A stretch of DNA of 64,000 bases from IMG/VR virus record IMGVR_UViG_2061766007_000699; one strand, given 5' to 3'. The notes under the pieces were generated by a model. It was not told the DNA's origin and did no database searches. It saw only the letters and a list, made by a program, of their open reading frames with translations. Below are positions 9,181-17,354 of this stretch, piece after piece. Source of the DNA: an uncultured virus (IMG/VR IMGVR_UViG_2061766007_000699). Its lineage: Duplodnaviria; Heunggongvirae; Uroviricota; Caudoviricetes. The stretch's first letter is position 1. Each line of letters starts with the position of its first letter. The position numbers were made by a program, and so were the translations under genes.

Positions 9181-9508
9181 TACCCCGTAGAAGACTTGAA
9201 CTTCTGACTCGTGGTTTAGCTTCTAGCATCATGTTTCCATGACCACCCTTTCGGGCTTGCTAGCCGGACTATTTCTTCAGCATCTCAGCTGACATGCGTA
9301 TAGTCTCTACGGAACCCTTGGTCTAGGTTTCCTCGGAGTTGCCGTGTGCCGTTACAGATTGCAAAGACACTTACGGTGTTCTCCGATATAGCATGTTTCA
9401 TTTCATGCGTTCTTTTCATGAGAGGAATTAAGTTGACCATCATCTCAATTTTCCGCATGAACGCTCCTAATCAAAGACCACTGCTCTATCCAACTGAGCT
9501 AACGGGGC
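9181..9508 (-). tRNA. tRNA-Arg(UCU) interrupted by a group I intron (exons 9474-9508 and 9181-9219)
   Basis: spliced sequence GCCCCGTTAGCTCAGTTGGATAGAGCAGTGGTCTT^CTAAACCACGAGTCAGAAGTTCAAGTCTTCTACGGGGTA folds as a cloverleaf with loop CU-UCU-AA; CCA not encoded. Confidence 0.88.
9220..9473 (-). ncRNA. group I self-splicing intron, 254 nt, no ORF
   Basis: follows exon U, ends in G; core motifs GUAGAGACUA and AAAUAGUCC (P7 strands); internal guide UUAG-GAG pairs with 3' exon CUAA (P10) and 5' exon CUU (P1). Confidence 0.88.
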
Positions 9509-9520
9509 AAACACTAGTAT

Positions 9521-9796
9521 TTACGCATCTACAAAACGAAAGTGTATGTCTTCCCAAACACCTTCACGAGTTTGACAGCTACCATAGCCGACAATCTTCA
9601 GGGTCTTGGAATCCACAATCGTGAAACGCTCTACCCATTCGTCTTCCGTGTAGCTAGGAATTGAAGAAATCATCTTCTGTCTACCGTCCCACACGATACC
9701 GATGTTGTCCCAATCAGAAATGCAATGTCCAAGTTCTGACTTGATTCGCTTTTCGGTGCAATGAACGATTGAGTAGGTCTTGTTTTGCATGTGCAT
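9521..9796 (-). CDS. hypothetical protein
   Basis: 91-aa ORF on the coding strand. Confidence 0.55.
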   Translation of the reverse strand: MHMQNKTYSIVHCTEKRIKSELGHCISDWDNIGIVWDGRQKMISSIPSYTEDEWVERFTIVDSKTLKIVGYGSCQTREGVWEDIHFRFVDA

Positions 9797-9816
9797 AAAC
9801 CTAGTGAGTTGAAGAT

Positions 9817-10074
9817 TTACCGTGCGGCCTTCTTCGCCTTAATCTTGAGTAGCTTCAGCATGGCGGAGGCGGACTTGGAACTCTTCAGAATGATTAGCTT
9901 GTTTTCGCTAATGCGTTCAGGACAGTTCGCATTCGCCTTGCTGTTGCCATAGGGATGGACGGTAATGCGATTGCGGCTCTTGGCGCAAGCGTAGTCCTTC
10001 CGAATCCAAAAGACCATACCCTTGTAAGCGGGGTCATTGGAAATGGCTAGAATCTTGGTTTCGTTCTTCTTCAT
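9817..10074 (-). CDS. basic hypothetical protein
   Basis: AGGAG SD. Confidence 0.6.
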   Translation of the reverse strand: MKKNETKILAISNDPAYKGMVFWIRKDYACAKSRNRITVHPYGNSKANANCPERISENKLIILKSSKSASAMLKLLKIKAKKAAR

Positions 10075-10220
10075 CTTTTTCTCCTGTGGAGGTTTGTGGT
10101 TAAGAAAAATTCTTGACTATGCTATATGTCAGAAAGCACACGGCCAACACATAGATTATCCATGCAATGACAATCGCCGTGCTTTCCAACACAAAGCATA
10201 TCTTCTCCTGTGTCTCTTCG

Positions 10221-10418
10221 CTAATGAATGCCACAGCCGAAATCCATGATGTCTTCAAGATAGTCAGGCTCAAGCCCAAGCATATCCTGAATGATGTCAT
10301 CAGATTCAAACGGGTCGCTGTTCAGAAGGGCCTCCATGCAATCGTTAATCATGTTGGTCGCTTCTTCTTCAGTGACCCCATCACGATTGACGAGGAGATT
10401 CACGAGACGATTCTTCAT
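10221..10418 (-). CDS. conserved phage hypothetical protein
   Basis: MKNRLVNLLVNRDGVTEEEA...LGLEPDY; start re-assigned. Confidence 0.65.
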   Translation of the reverse strand: MKNRLVNLLVNRDGVTEEEATNMINDCMEALLNSDPFESDDIIQDMLGLEPDYLEDIMDFGCGIH

Positions 10419-10453
10419 GGTAGTTTCCTTGTTGAGGGTGGTGAAAATTCTCT

Positions 10454-11224
10454 CTAGTCCTTCTCCATATCCATCCAATCAGGATAGGAGGTCAGGACAG
10501 CGATACCCGGCTGTGGCCAATTCTTCAGTTCAGTTCCGTATTCCTTCAGGCAACTGTCCGCCTTGACCGTCATGTCACCCGCAATCTTGCGAGAGGCGGG
10601 GAGAATGTTGGTGAGGTCAAAAACCTTGTAGCGGAACGGAGAAGAGGTTTCCACGAATACGAGATAGGTGCTCCATTCGTCTCCGCCTTCAACGCACTTG
10701 TTCAAATCGTTTACATAGAAACCCATCTGAAGGTCATACCGCCTCTTCCAAATTTCACGATATGCCTGAGACACATCAGAGATGGACTTCATGTCCACTA
10801 CGATTCGCTTGGTGTAGTTGATGGCATCAATCTGAGCCTTGACATTCACGCCATTGACTGTGGCCGTGACGATTTCTTCGGTCTTGAAATCATCACCAAG
10901 AATCATCTTTGCGGCCTTGTCCCATTCGGTAGCCATGGCGCAAATCTTTTCCGCTTCTTCAGGCTTGACAACGGTCAGACCCTTGGCCTCAACTTCGGCG
11001 GCACGGGCCTTTCCTTCCTTAGTTCGCCTATCAATCGCCTCAACGAGCACTTCCTTGTTCCACTTCTCAGGCTGAAGTGCCTTGAGGTGAGACATAGTGC
11101 CAAGTTGCATGGACGGTGTGGATTCCTTTTCCCCGTAGGTTACTTCCCACAGTTCACGAGGGCCACCCGAAGCAAGAGCCTTGATTTGAGTGGAGCGAAG
11201 AGCGTTGATTTCGTTGTAGTTCAT
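10454..11224 (-). CDS. PD-(D/E)XK exonuclease, RecE/exonuclease VIII-like
   Basis: GTMSH, KAQIDA, VVDMKS, YDLQMGFY motifs; start MNYNE after AGGAG. Confidence 0.75.
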   Translation of the reverse strand: MNYNEINALRSTQIKALASGGPRELWEVTYGEKESTPSMQLGTMSHLKALQPEKWNKEVLVEAIDRRTKEGKARAAEVEAKGLTVVKPEEAEKICAMATEWDKAAKMILGDDFKTEEIVTATVNGVNVKAQIDAINYTKRIVVDMKSISDVSQAYREIWKRRYDLQMGFYVNDLNKCVEGGDEWSTYLVFVETSSPFRYKVFDLTNILPASRKIAGDMTVKADSCLKEYGTELKNWPQPGIAVLTSYPDWMDMEKD

Positions 11225-11235
11225 CTGTTGTTCTC

Positions 11236-11436
11236 CTAATTGAGGACGGTGAAAGAATCGTTTTCGGGCTGAACGGCTAGACCACCCCAAGTGCCGTGAA
11301 GCTGTCCCATTGAATCGCAATAATTGACCACACCTTCCTTCCCATCGTAACCAACTTCGCCTTCCATGTGTTCAATGCGAATGCGCTTTCCAATGAGATG
11401 TGCGTAGTCTTCGCTGTGGTCAATACTCAAATCCAT
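11236..11436 (-). CDS. DUF4314-like small protein
   Basis: GKRIRIEHM...GVVNYCDSMGQLHGTWG; paralogue of the C-terminus of ORF 692. Confidence 0.65.
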   Translation of the reverse strand: MDLSIDHSEDYAHLIGKRIRIEHMEGEVGYDGKEGVVNYCDSMGQLHGTWGGLAVQPENDSFTVLN

Positions 11437-11535
11437 TTCAGTTCTCCTGTGTTGAAGTTTGGTTTGTTCTGACCAACTGAGACAAATATACAAACTTATC
11501 GGCCATGTGAAACGAAAATCTTTGTAAAATCTTCG

Positions 11536-11739
11536 TTACATTTCTCTCGCTTGAATTTCCAAATGCTTGAACTTGTTTTTTGCCGTTGTCAGGTCATAGG
11601 TGCCAAAGACTTGATGACCATCCTTCGTCAGGATTTGATAGCAATAGAGATTCTGAAGAAGGACATAATACTCGCCTTCGTCAATCTTCTGTATCTCACC
11701 TAATGCGTTGAAGTCTTCCACTTCTGCTACCTGACTCAT
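11536..11739 (-). CDS. hypothetical protein
   Basis: start MSQVAE; CTAAATA at 11754. Confidence 0.6.
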   Translation of the reverse strand: MSQVAEVEDFNALGEIQKIDEGEYYVLLQNLYCYQILTKDGHQVFGTYDLTTAKNKFKHLEIQAREM

Positions 11740-11874
11740 GTTTGTGCCTTCGTTATTTAGATTTGACCCGTGGCAAAGTATAGCAAATGTTCGGAACATT
11801 TGTTAATGGTCTTTTGTAAAATCTGTATGATAAAATCAAAACGAATTGATTTACTTCTCAGGATTTGCAAACAG

Positions 11875-11958
11875 TGCCAAGTGTGGGATTTGAACCCACA
11901 CGCTCTTGCGAGCAGAGGTTTTTGAGACCTCCCGGTATACCTGTTCCCGCAACTTGGC
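11875..11958 (-). tRNA. tRNA-Leu(CAA)
   Basis: GAGGT-CT-CAA-AA-ACCTC anticodon arm, long variable arm, T arm GTGGG-TTCAAAT-CCCAC. Confidence 0.9.
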
Positions 11959-11965
11959 AAAAGTT

Positions 11966-12245
11966 CCCACAAGGGATAGCCGACTCGCCATCTCACAAGC
12001 ACAGCTGTAGCACTGCGCACCTTGTGGGCCGTTCACACCAAGCTACATTCAGCGTGAACGAAATTCAAGCACATGGGCTGACCACAAAAGGAGACTTGAA
12101 AAGTCTTACTCGTTGGACATCGCAAGGGGGCTTCCGTCCAACGCTCCCCCATGTGCTATAGCGACACTTACTGACTCTATCCGTCAGACCTCCCGTAGGA
12201 CTAGCTGTATAGAGTGTGCTAGTTGCGGTGGAATTATGTCGCTAT
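11966..12245 (-). ncRNA. unidentified structured RNA(s) between tRNA-Leu and tRNA-Gly
   Basis: four consecutive closed helices with nested stems; no credible ORF. Confidence 0.5.
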
Positions 12246-12255
12246 GTTTTCTGAG

Positions 12256-12327
12256 AGCGCATAGTCAGAGTCGCACTGACATCTCCGCCTTGGAAGAGCG
12301 GGGTAATGACTGTTATACGATATGCGC
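12256..12327 (-). tRNA. tRNA-Gly(UCC)
   Basis: GCGCATA/TATGCGC acceptor, loop CT-TCC-AA, atypical T-loop TGCGACT. Confidence 0.85.
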
Positions 12328-12332
12328 TACTA

Positions 12333-12421
12333 TGGGTGGGGTTGGAGTCGCACCAACATCGTTTACCACAAGGGACGGGATTTACAGTCCCGTGCAACAC
12401 CGCTATCGTTGCCGCCCACCC
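12333..12421 (-). tRNA. tRNA-Tyr(GUA)
   Basis: CGGGA-CT-GTA-AA-TCCCG, long variable arm, atypical T-loop TGCGACT. Confidence 0.85.
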
Positions 12422-12428
12422 AAAGGAA

Positions 12429-12508
12429 GGAAGCTGTCAGGACGATTTTGAAATCACCACCCTAAGTCCCATAGGCATTGCCCCGTTGGCGTTGCCTTGA
12501 CAGCTTCC
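12429..12508 (-). ncRNA. tRNA-sized structured RNA
   Basis: 11-bp closing stem GGAAGCTGTCA/TGACAGCTTCC enclosing GGCA/TGCC and a T-arm-like GATTTCAAAATC. Confidence 0.45.
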
Positions 12509-12593
12509 ATCCGAACAGTTTGCTGAGATGTGGGGTCACCATCGTCCGTTTATAATCACCCTATTGTTATTCGCCCCACATCTCAGCAAACTT

Positions 12594-12830
12594 CTATTCG
12601 TCTTCGGTATTCCATTCGTGGTTTTCGTCCATCAGACACAAAAACATCGTTTCCGCTTCCTTTGGCAACACATAACCCATTCCAAGAAGAGCATCGTGAA
12701 ATACCGAAACGAACTGAGGCCACAGAATAAAGCCATCTTCGTTGCTTCGTTCAACTGTCACACCGCTTTCGTCTTCTGAGTTGGCATATCTCATCGTTAC
12801 GCTGAACATCGTCTTTTCTTCGTCTTTCAT
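12594..12830 (-). CDS. hypothetical protein
   Basis: GGAG SD before MKDEEK; FHDALLGMGY motif. Confidence 0.65.
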   Translation of the reverse strand: MKDEEKTMFSVTMRYANSEDESGVTVERSNEDGFILWPQFVSVFHDALLGMGYVLPKEAETMFLCLMDENHEWNTEDE

Positions 12831-12857
12831 ATCGTCTCCGTTGTTGAAGTTGAAAAG

Positions 12858-13156
12858 GCAAGCGAGAGCAGAGATACCCCTTATCTCAACTATGGCTGTT
12901 AGAGGTGCCAAGTTACATCGCCCTTCTGTATCAGGTGCCGTCCGAAAAACGGAGGTTCAGTGATACAGGGACTTCTACTTTTCGTTGCTACCTCTCACTT
13001 GCAAAAAGAACAATCCACTGTGGCCCGTTGGTCATCATCCGAAACACCTTAGTGGCCCTTCGTGTGTTAGCGGACTACAACGGATGGATATATACACTCT
13101 GTTGGTATCCTTGACCGCAGTGGCACTTCAGACTAGACAGAGAATTGCCTGAAGTG
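12858..13156 (-). ncRNA. unidentified structured RNA(s)
   Basis: stems gcaagcgagag/ctctcacttgc, ctgtatca/tgatacag, ccactgtgg/ccgcagtgg, ccgttg/caacgg, cacttcag/ctgaagtg. Confidence 0.45.
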
Positions 13157-13160
13157 TTGA

Positions 13161-13230
13161 AAGCCTCACTTGGATTTGAACCAAGACCTCCTAATATGTC
13201 TAGGTGCTCTGCCATTTGAGCTATAAGGCG
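13161..13230 (-). tRNA. atypical tRNA-like gene (CAT in a shortened anticodon arm)
   Basis: normal D arm (GCTCAAATGGCAGAGC) and T arm, but a 15-nt anticodon arm CCTA-GACATAT-TAGG and C1:U72 mismatch. Confidence 0.55.
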
Positions 13231-13300
13231 ATTGCTGAACTTTTCTTCGTTTTTCAATCCGCTAAGGAACCTCGGTGGATTCCTTAATCATCTGAGAACA

Positions 13301-13329
13301 AATCTAACAAACTTTCGTTCGCCTGTCAA
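13301..13329 (-). promoter_or_regulatory. sigma70-type promoter for the RNA cluster
   Basis: TTGACA-N17-TAGATT; a second TTGACA-N17-TATGTT lies near 13383-13411. Confidence 0.6.
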
Positions 13330-13415
13330 GACCTTTTCGTGATTTTTTTTCAGGTCTCTCTGTTCTCTAGTTAGACTTTCCAAACATAGAATCTTTTTTG
13401 GCGATTGTCAAGGGT

Positions 13416-14381
13416 CTACTCGTATTTTCCAATCAGGGATTTGTCAGACCTAAATCTTCTATATTTGGATTTTGATTGGGACTTGTATAACGGAATCATC
13501 TTGGTGAACATCATGCGAGAAGCCATCGGGCTCCGCCCCTCTGTCTTGTCAAAATCGCTCAGTGACTTCCAATTCCCTGAATGAAACCTGTTCCATCGTT
13601 CCCTCGCAGAAGACCAATGCTTTTTGTTGTCTGTCATGACTTGGCATCGTTTCCTGTCCAATCTTTCCCTCGCAGAAGACCTATGCTTTTTGTTGTCTAA
13701 CATGACACGGCACCGTTTCAACTTGACTGTTATGGTGATTGGAGAAAGATACTTGTTCACCTTGTGCCATTCAATCACTCTCCCTTCTACCCAATCGTCA
13801 TTCGGCTTTTCATACTGAAGAGTTGATTCGTTGGTCTTCGTGTTTTTATACCAATGCCTTCCACTGTCTTTATACACTTGCTCAAAAATGATTTTCTTGA
13901 TTGAACAAGATTGACCGTTCAATTTGTTCCTACCTCTTATCCATTCAGGGCCGGGGTCTTCGTCAAACGCTCTAGAACTTCCATCGTTGATGTTGGTATA
14001 CCACATTTTGCTAAACATGAAATTGCATTTTCCCGATTGCCTCTTGCTCGCTGATTCGCTGTATTCCGCTTTGTATTTTTCATACACTCTTGCGGTAAGA
14101 CGGCGGTTTGTCATCCTGTTTGATTCTTTGAAAGGCTCTGAACGCATAAAGAAAAAAGCGAGAAGCATTTTATTTCTTTCCATTGTCCCTTTTGCAAACA
14201 TCTTGATGAGTAACCAATGACACAGGAAATGTTCTCTTGCGGTCAGGATTGCAATGTTGCTCTTTTCGTTTGAGCCGCCAAGAGACTTTGGAACGATATG
14301 ATGTCTTTCCGTATAGCAGTTCGGCTTCGGTCTTTCCTTCGCTCTTCTTATTATATCTTCATAAATCTTTCTGTAGTTCAT
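13416..14381 (-). CDS. free-standing HNH homing endonuclease
   Basis: N-terminal ERHHIVPKSLGGSNEKSNIAILTAREHFLCHWLL; WYTN/WYKN...W.xGR repeated DNA-binding-type motifs. Confidence 0.85.
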   Translation of the reverse strand: MNYRKIYEDIIRRAKERPKPNCYTERHHIVPKSLGGSNEKSNIAILTAREHFLCHWLLIKMFAKGTMERNKMLLAFFFMRSEPFKESNRMTNRRLTARVYEKYKAEYSESASKRQSGKCNFMFSKMWYTNINDGSSRAFDEDPGPEWIRGRNKLNGQSCSIKKIIFEQVYKDSGRHWYKNTKTNESTLQYEKPNDDWVEGRVIEWHKVNKYLSPITITVKLKRCRVMLDNKKHRSSARERLDRKRCQVMTDNKKHWSSARERWNRFHSGNWKSLSDFDKTEGRSPMASRMMFTKMIPLYKSQSKSKYRRFRSDKSLIGKYE

Positions 14382-14412
14382 TTCGTCACTTCCATTTTAT
14401 ATCTGTAAAAAG

Positions 14413-14440
14413 AAAGACCGCCATCTCAGTAGCGGTCTTT
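14413..14440 (-). terminator. hairpin/terminator between the tRNA-Ile-like gene and the HNH gene
   Basis: aaagaccgc...gcggtcttt with U-rich tail on the minus strand. Confidence 0.6.
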
Positions 14441-14448
14441 CAAGTTAA

Positions 14449-14518
14449 TACTCCGTCTGTGAGTTGAACACAGCAAGGCAACCTTATAAGAGCCGCCCGT
14501 GCAACCGGCACCCGGAGC
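14449..14518 (-). tRNA. atypical tRNA-Ile(UAU)
   Basis: loop CT-TAT-AA, T arm CTGTG-TTCAACT-CACAG, short D arm GTGC-CGGTT-GCAC; TTGACA-N17-TAGATT promoter directly upstream. Confidence 0.65.
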
Positions 14519-14610
14519 GATATAAATCTACATCATTCGTCAGCGTTTGTCAAGAGGGTGAGAGGATTTTCTTTGTTTAAAATTCTTTGCATTCGCTCAC
14601 CCTGTTTGAC

Positions 14611-15597
14611 CTAGTTCATATACTGCTCCGCTTCCTTGACACCATGCGCCATCCGAATGGGCTTGATGAGAGTGCGGAAATGGAAACACTGAATGTTGTA
14701 ACCACCCGCTCCAATCGTTTCCACCCAAGCAGAGCCATTGGTTCCGTCAATCCGTCCGTTCAGGTCTCCCTTGTCACCAACGGAAAGATTGGAGGCATCG
14801 GTAATCTGACCAACAATCCCGTTAGTGCGCTCAATGATGAAGTCATACTTATCGTCCGCTTCCTGATTGAGCATCTTGTTCAATTCGTTCATGTCAATTT
14901 CGTTTCGGTAACTGCTGTAAGCAATGAGACGGTCGCAAATGCCATTGGAATAATGATACTGCTTGGCGAGGGAACGGAGTTCTTCTGCTTCGTTGGACAG
15001 CCACATGGGCTCTTCCTTGATAGCATTCTTTTCCGCTTTGTTGTAATCGTATTTGTCAATTTCTCCATTGCTGAAAATCAGAGAGCAGACCATATTAAAA
15101 TAATCCTTTTGTTTCCATTCAGCCTGTTCAGCGACTTCAGGATGATATTCGTTAATGAGAGTCTTCACACCCGCATTAACCTTGGCCTTGAGTTCCTTCG
15201 CCTTGTTCGCATGGTCAACATAGAAAGTGCGGACACGATTCTTCCATTCTTCAAGGAAATCAAGGATGGGCTTGATGTTGCGACTTGCGGCCTTCTCTTC
15301 AAAAGCCTTCATTTCCGCCTCAGCACCTTCAAGACCAATCTTGGCGATGTTGACCTTTTCTTCTGCTTCACGGATTCTTTCGGTGTATTCCTTGGTGAAG
15401 AAGTCTTCAGCGGAAAGATGTTCCTTGTTATGGTATTCCAAATCCCACAGTTCGTTGTCAGTGAACTTCCCTTTCTGAATCCTCTTGGGGAGGTCATCCA
15501 ACTTCTTCTGAGCACGAGCGAGAGCGGCTTCTGCCTTTTCGTAACGGGCCTTGGCGGTATCAATGTGCTTGAGGATGTATTCCTTGGAAACGGCCAT
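14611..15597 (-). CDS. conserved phage hypothetical protein (coiled-coil N-terminus)
   Basis: C-terminal ETIGAGGYNIQCFHFRTL; AGGA SD. Confidence 0.75.
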   Translation of the reverse strand: MAVSKEYILKHIDTAKARYEKAEAALARAQKKLDDLPKRIQKGKFTDNELWDLEYHNKEHLSAEDFFTKEYTERIREAEEKVNIAKIGLEGAEAEMKAFEEKAASRNIKPILDFLEEWKNRVRTFYVDHANKAKELKAKVNAGVKTLINEYHPEVAEQAEWKQKDYFNMVCSLIFSNGEIDKYDYNKAEKNAIKEEPMWLSNEAEELRSLAKQYHYSNGICDRLIAYSSYRNEIDMNELNKMLNQEADDKYDFIIERTNGIVGQITDASNLSVGDKGDLNGRIDGTNGSAWVETIGAGGYNIQCFHFRTLIKPIRMAHGVKEAEQYMN

Positions 15598-15622
15598 GAT
15601 GTTTTTTCCTGTGGTGTTTGAA

Positions 15623-15820
15623 CTACTTTGTCATGAAGTGCTTGAGAGTTTCAGAACTCATCACTTCATAGAGAGCGGTGAGGACATGCTTGCTGTGGAT
15701 GTCGCTGATGTCGCTGTTCACACCATCATAAGAGATGGTCAGGACATCACCGTTCACATTCACTTCAATCCCCTGAGCGGTGAGGATGTCATAGATGTTT
15801 TGCATGCCGATGATGGTCAT
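15623..15820 (-). CDS. hypothetical protein
   Basis: AGGAG SD; promoter near 15865-15910. Confidence 0.6.
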   Translation of the reverse strand: MTIIGMQNIYDILTAQGIEVNVNGDVLTISYDGVNSDISDIHSKHVLTALYEVMSSETLKHFMTK

Positions 15821-15946
15821 AGTGTTGCTCCTAGGTGGGTGATTTCTCTTTCCTTTCTGCTAATAATATAGCAAATCCATACCCAAGATGTTGTAAACTC
15901 TTTGTAAACTTTGGGTATGGATTTGGATTTTAGGAATTTTAGAACT

Positions 15947-16678
15947 CTAGAACTTGGCTTTTGGATTCAGGCCACGGGTCTTGGCCCATGATTCACCCGC
16001 TTCGCCCCGTTCCTTTTTGGCCCTTGTAATAGCACGATTTATCCACACACGAAATTCATCCATGTTATCGTAATCTTCAGCGACATTGGCAACGAATTTC
16101 AGTGCATCAAGATAACCGCCTTTATAGTTCAAATTAGCAAGTGTCCACTCATTAGCTCTTACCTGTTCGGTTTCTTCACGAAGCATGTGTCCTCTGCGCT
16201 GACGAGATTCATCAAAGTCTTCGTCTTCTTCATCGTCTTCATCAACATCTTTGTCAGCAAACATTTTTACCATCTCCTCACCGTCTTCAAGCAAGTCTTT
16301 AGCCAAAGTGTTGTAATTTTCTTCTCTATAAACAACAACAGTGTCATCCCAAACATCACCATATTCATTAACGGGGTAAGGCATTTGGAAGTCTATGTCC
16401 ATGTCAGACTGCATTGCGTTGTGTGCAGTCTGATAGCGAACAGAAGCACAAATACACCATTTACCATCAGCATAGACATCTTCAACCATGTCATCATCTA
16501 TATCTTGGGATTTAGACCATCCTAGAACAACATCCCATTCCTTGCCGTCTTCTTCGTAATAAATTGGCCAATGATAACAGCCGCCTTCATCACGATTGTC
16601 CCATAAATCCTTGACAGCTTCTTCCAAATCTTTAGCCAACTCGCTGACAGATGGAGCACGCCAATTATCCTTAATCAT
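15947..16678 (-). CDS. two-module acidic protein with ES..RGHMLREE linker (putative head internal protein)
   Basis: linker FDESRQRRGHMLREE; conserved leader at 16679-16736. Confidence 0.7.
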   Translation of the reverse strand: MIKDNWRAPSVSELAKDLEEAVKDLWDNRDEGGCYHWPIYYEEDGKEWDVVLGWSKSQDIDDDMVEDVYADGKWCICASVRYQTAHNAMQSDMDIDFQMPYPVNEYGDVWDDTVVVYREENYNTLAKDLLEDGEEMVKMFADKDVDEDDEEDEDFDESRQRRGHMLREETEQVRANEWTLANLNYKGGYLDALKFVANVAEDYDNMDEFRVWINRAITRAKKERGEAGESWAKTRGLNPKAKF

Positions 16679-16736
16679 ATCTCAATCCTTTTTTTTGAGC
16701 GACATTGCCCAAATGGTTTCACCTGTTTCTATTTAG
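16679..16736 (-). promoter_or_regulatory. repeated late leader: CTAAATA + hairpin + SD
   Basis: CTAAATAG...TTTGGGCAATGTCGCTCAAAAAAAAGGATTGAGATATG; related copies at 33103, 53840 and 54082. Confidence 0.75.
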
Positions 16737-16776
16737 TATAAGACCTTCTTTCATTTCAAACACTTCAAGACCACTA

Positions 16777-17175
16777 TCAAATATCCAATGCTTCTCCCCG
16801 TGGAACAAAACACGGATGATTAAACAGATTCATAACACGATTAAGGTCTACTTCTACCTTGACAGAAAAATAGAACCAAAGACTTCCTGTAGTTGCGATA
16901 TAAATTTCTGCTACATCAATCTCCACAGGGCCTTGAAAATCAAAGTATGGCGCATCTTCTTTTCCTACCCATACGAATTTCGCAGAATGGCCAATCTTCA
17001 TCAACTCTGTAAGGAAATTATCAAACTCTATCTTAAACTCATCAACACTATAAACATGTTCCTCTGAAGACTGAGTAAATGGAAAAGCCTTATGAAAAAG
17101 TTTTTCCACTCGCTCGTCTATGGAGTCATTCTGTTCTTCGGTAAAAAGATACTCTATATTCACATTATCGCACAT
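16777..17175 (-). CDS. hypothetical protein
   Basis: AGGAG SD. Confidence 0.6.
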   Translation of the reverse strand: MCDNVNIEYLFTEEQNDSIDERVEKLFHKAFPFTQSSEEHVYSVDEFKIEFDNFLTELMKIGHSAKFVWVGKEDAPYFDFQGPVEIDVAEIYIATTGSLWFYFSVKVEVDLNRVMNLFNHPCFVPRGEALDI

Positions 17176-17178
17176 CGT

Positions 17179-17346
17179 CTAGTCTCCTGTCTGAAAACCC
17201 ATCTGAATTTTCGCCATGTCTTCCAATCCCATCAGAGCCTTCATCTCTTTGGGTGTGGCCTGAACTTTCTTCCATTCGTTTCCGCCATCAACGGAAAATT
17301 GAACGATACCTAACTCGTGGTTAAATCGGAAAATGAACTCAGTCAT
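17179..17346 (-). CDS. hypothetical protein
   Basis: AGGAG SD before MTEFIF. Confidence 0.55.
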   Translation of the reverse strand: MTEFIFRFNHELGIVQFSVDGGNEWKKVQATPKEMKALMGLEDMAKIQMGFQTGD

Positions 17347-17354
17347 CTTTTCTC

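Noticed and set aside
9181..9508. Reading the intron-containing tRNA as an amber suppressor (CUA), implying stop-codon recoding
   Set aside because: That junction gives a 6-nt loop; the P1/P10 pairing supports UCU, and many intact genes end in TAG.
12858..13002. SAM riboswitch, SRP RNA, RNase P RNA or tmRNA assignment
   Set aside because: Only fragments of the diagnostic motifs are present; left as unidentified.
14587..15621. Long plus-strand ORFs (344 aa here; also 27509, 32940, 39048 and others)
   Set aside because: Antisense shadows of well-supported minus-strand genes, without SD or recognisable motifs.
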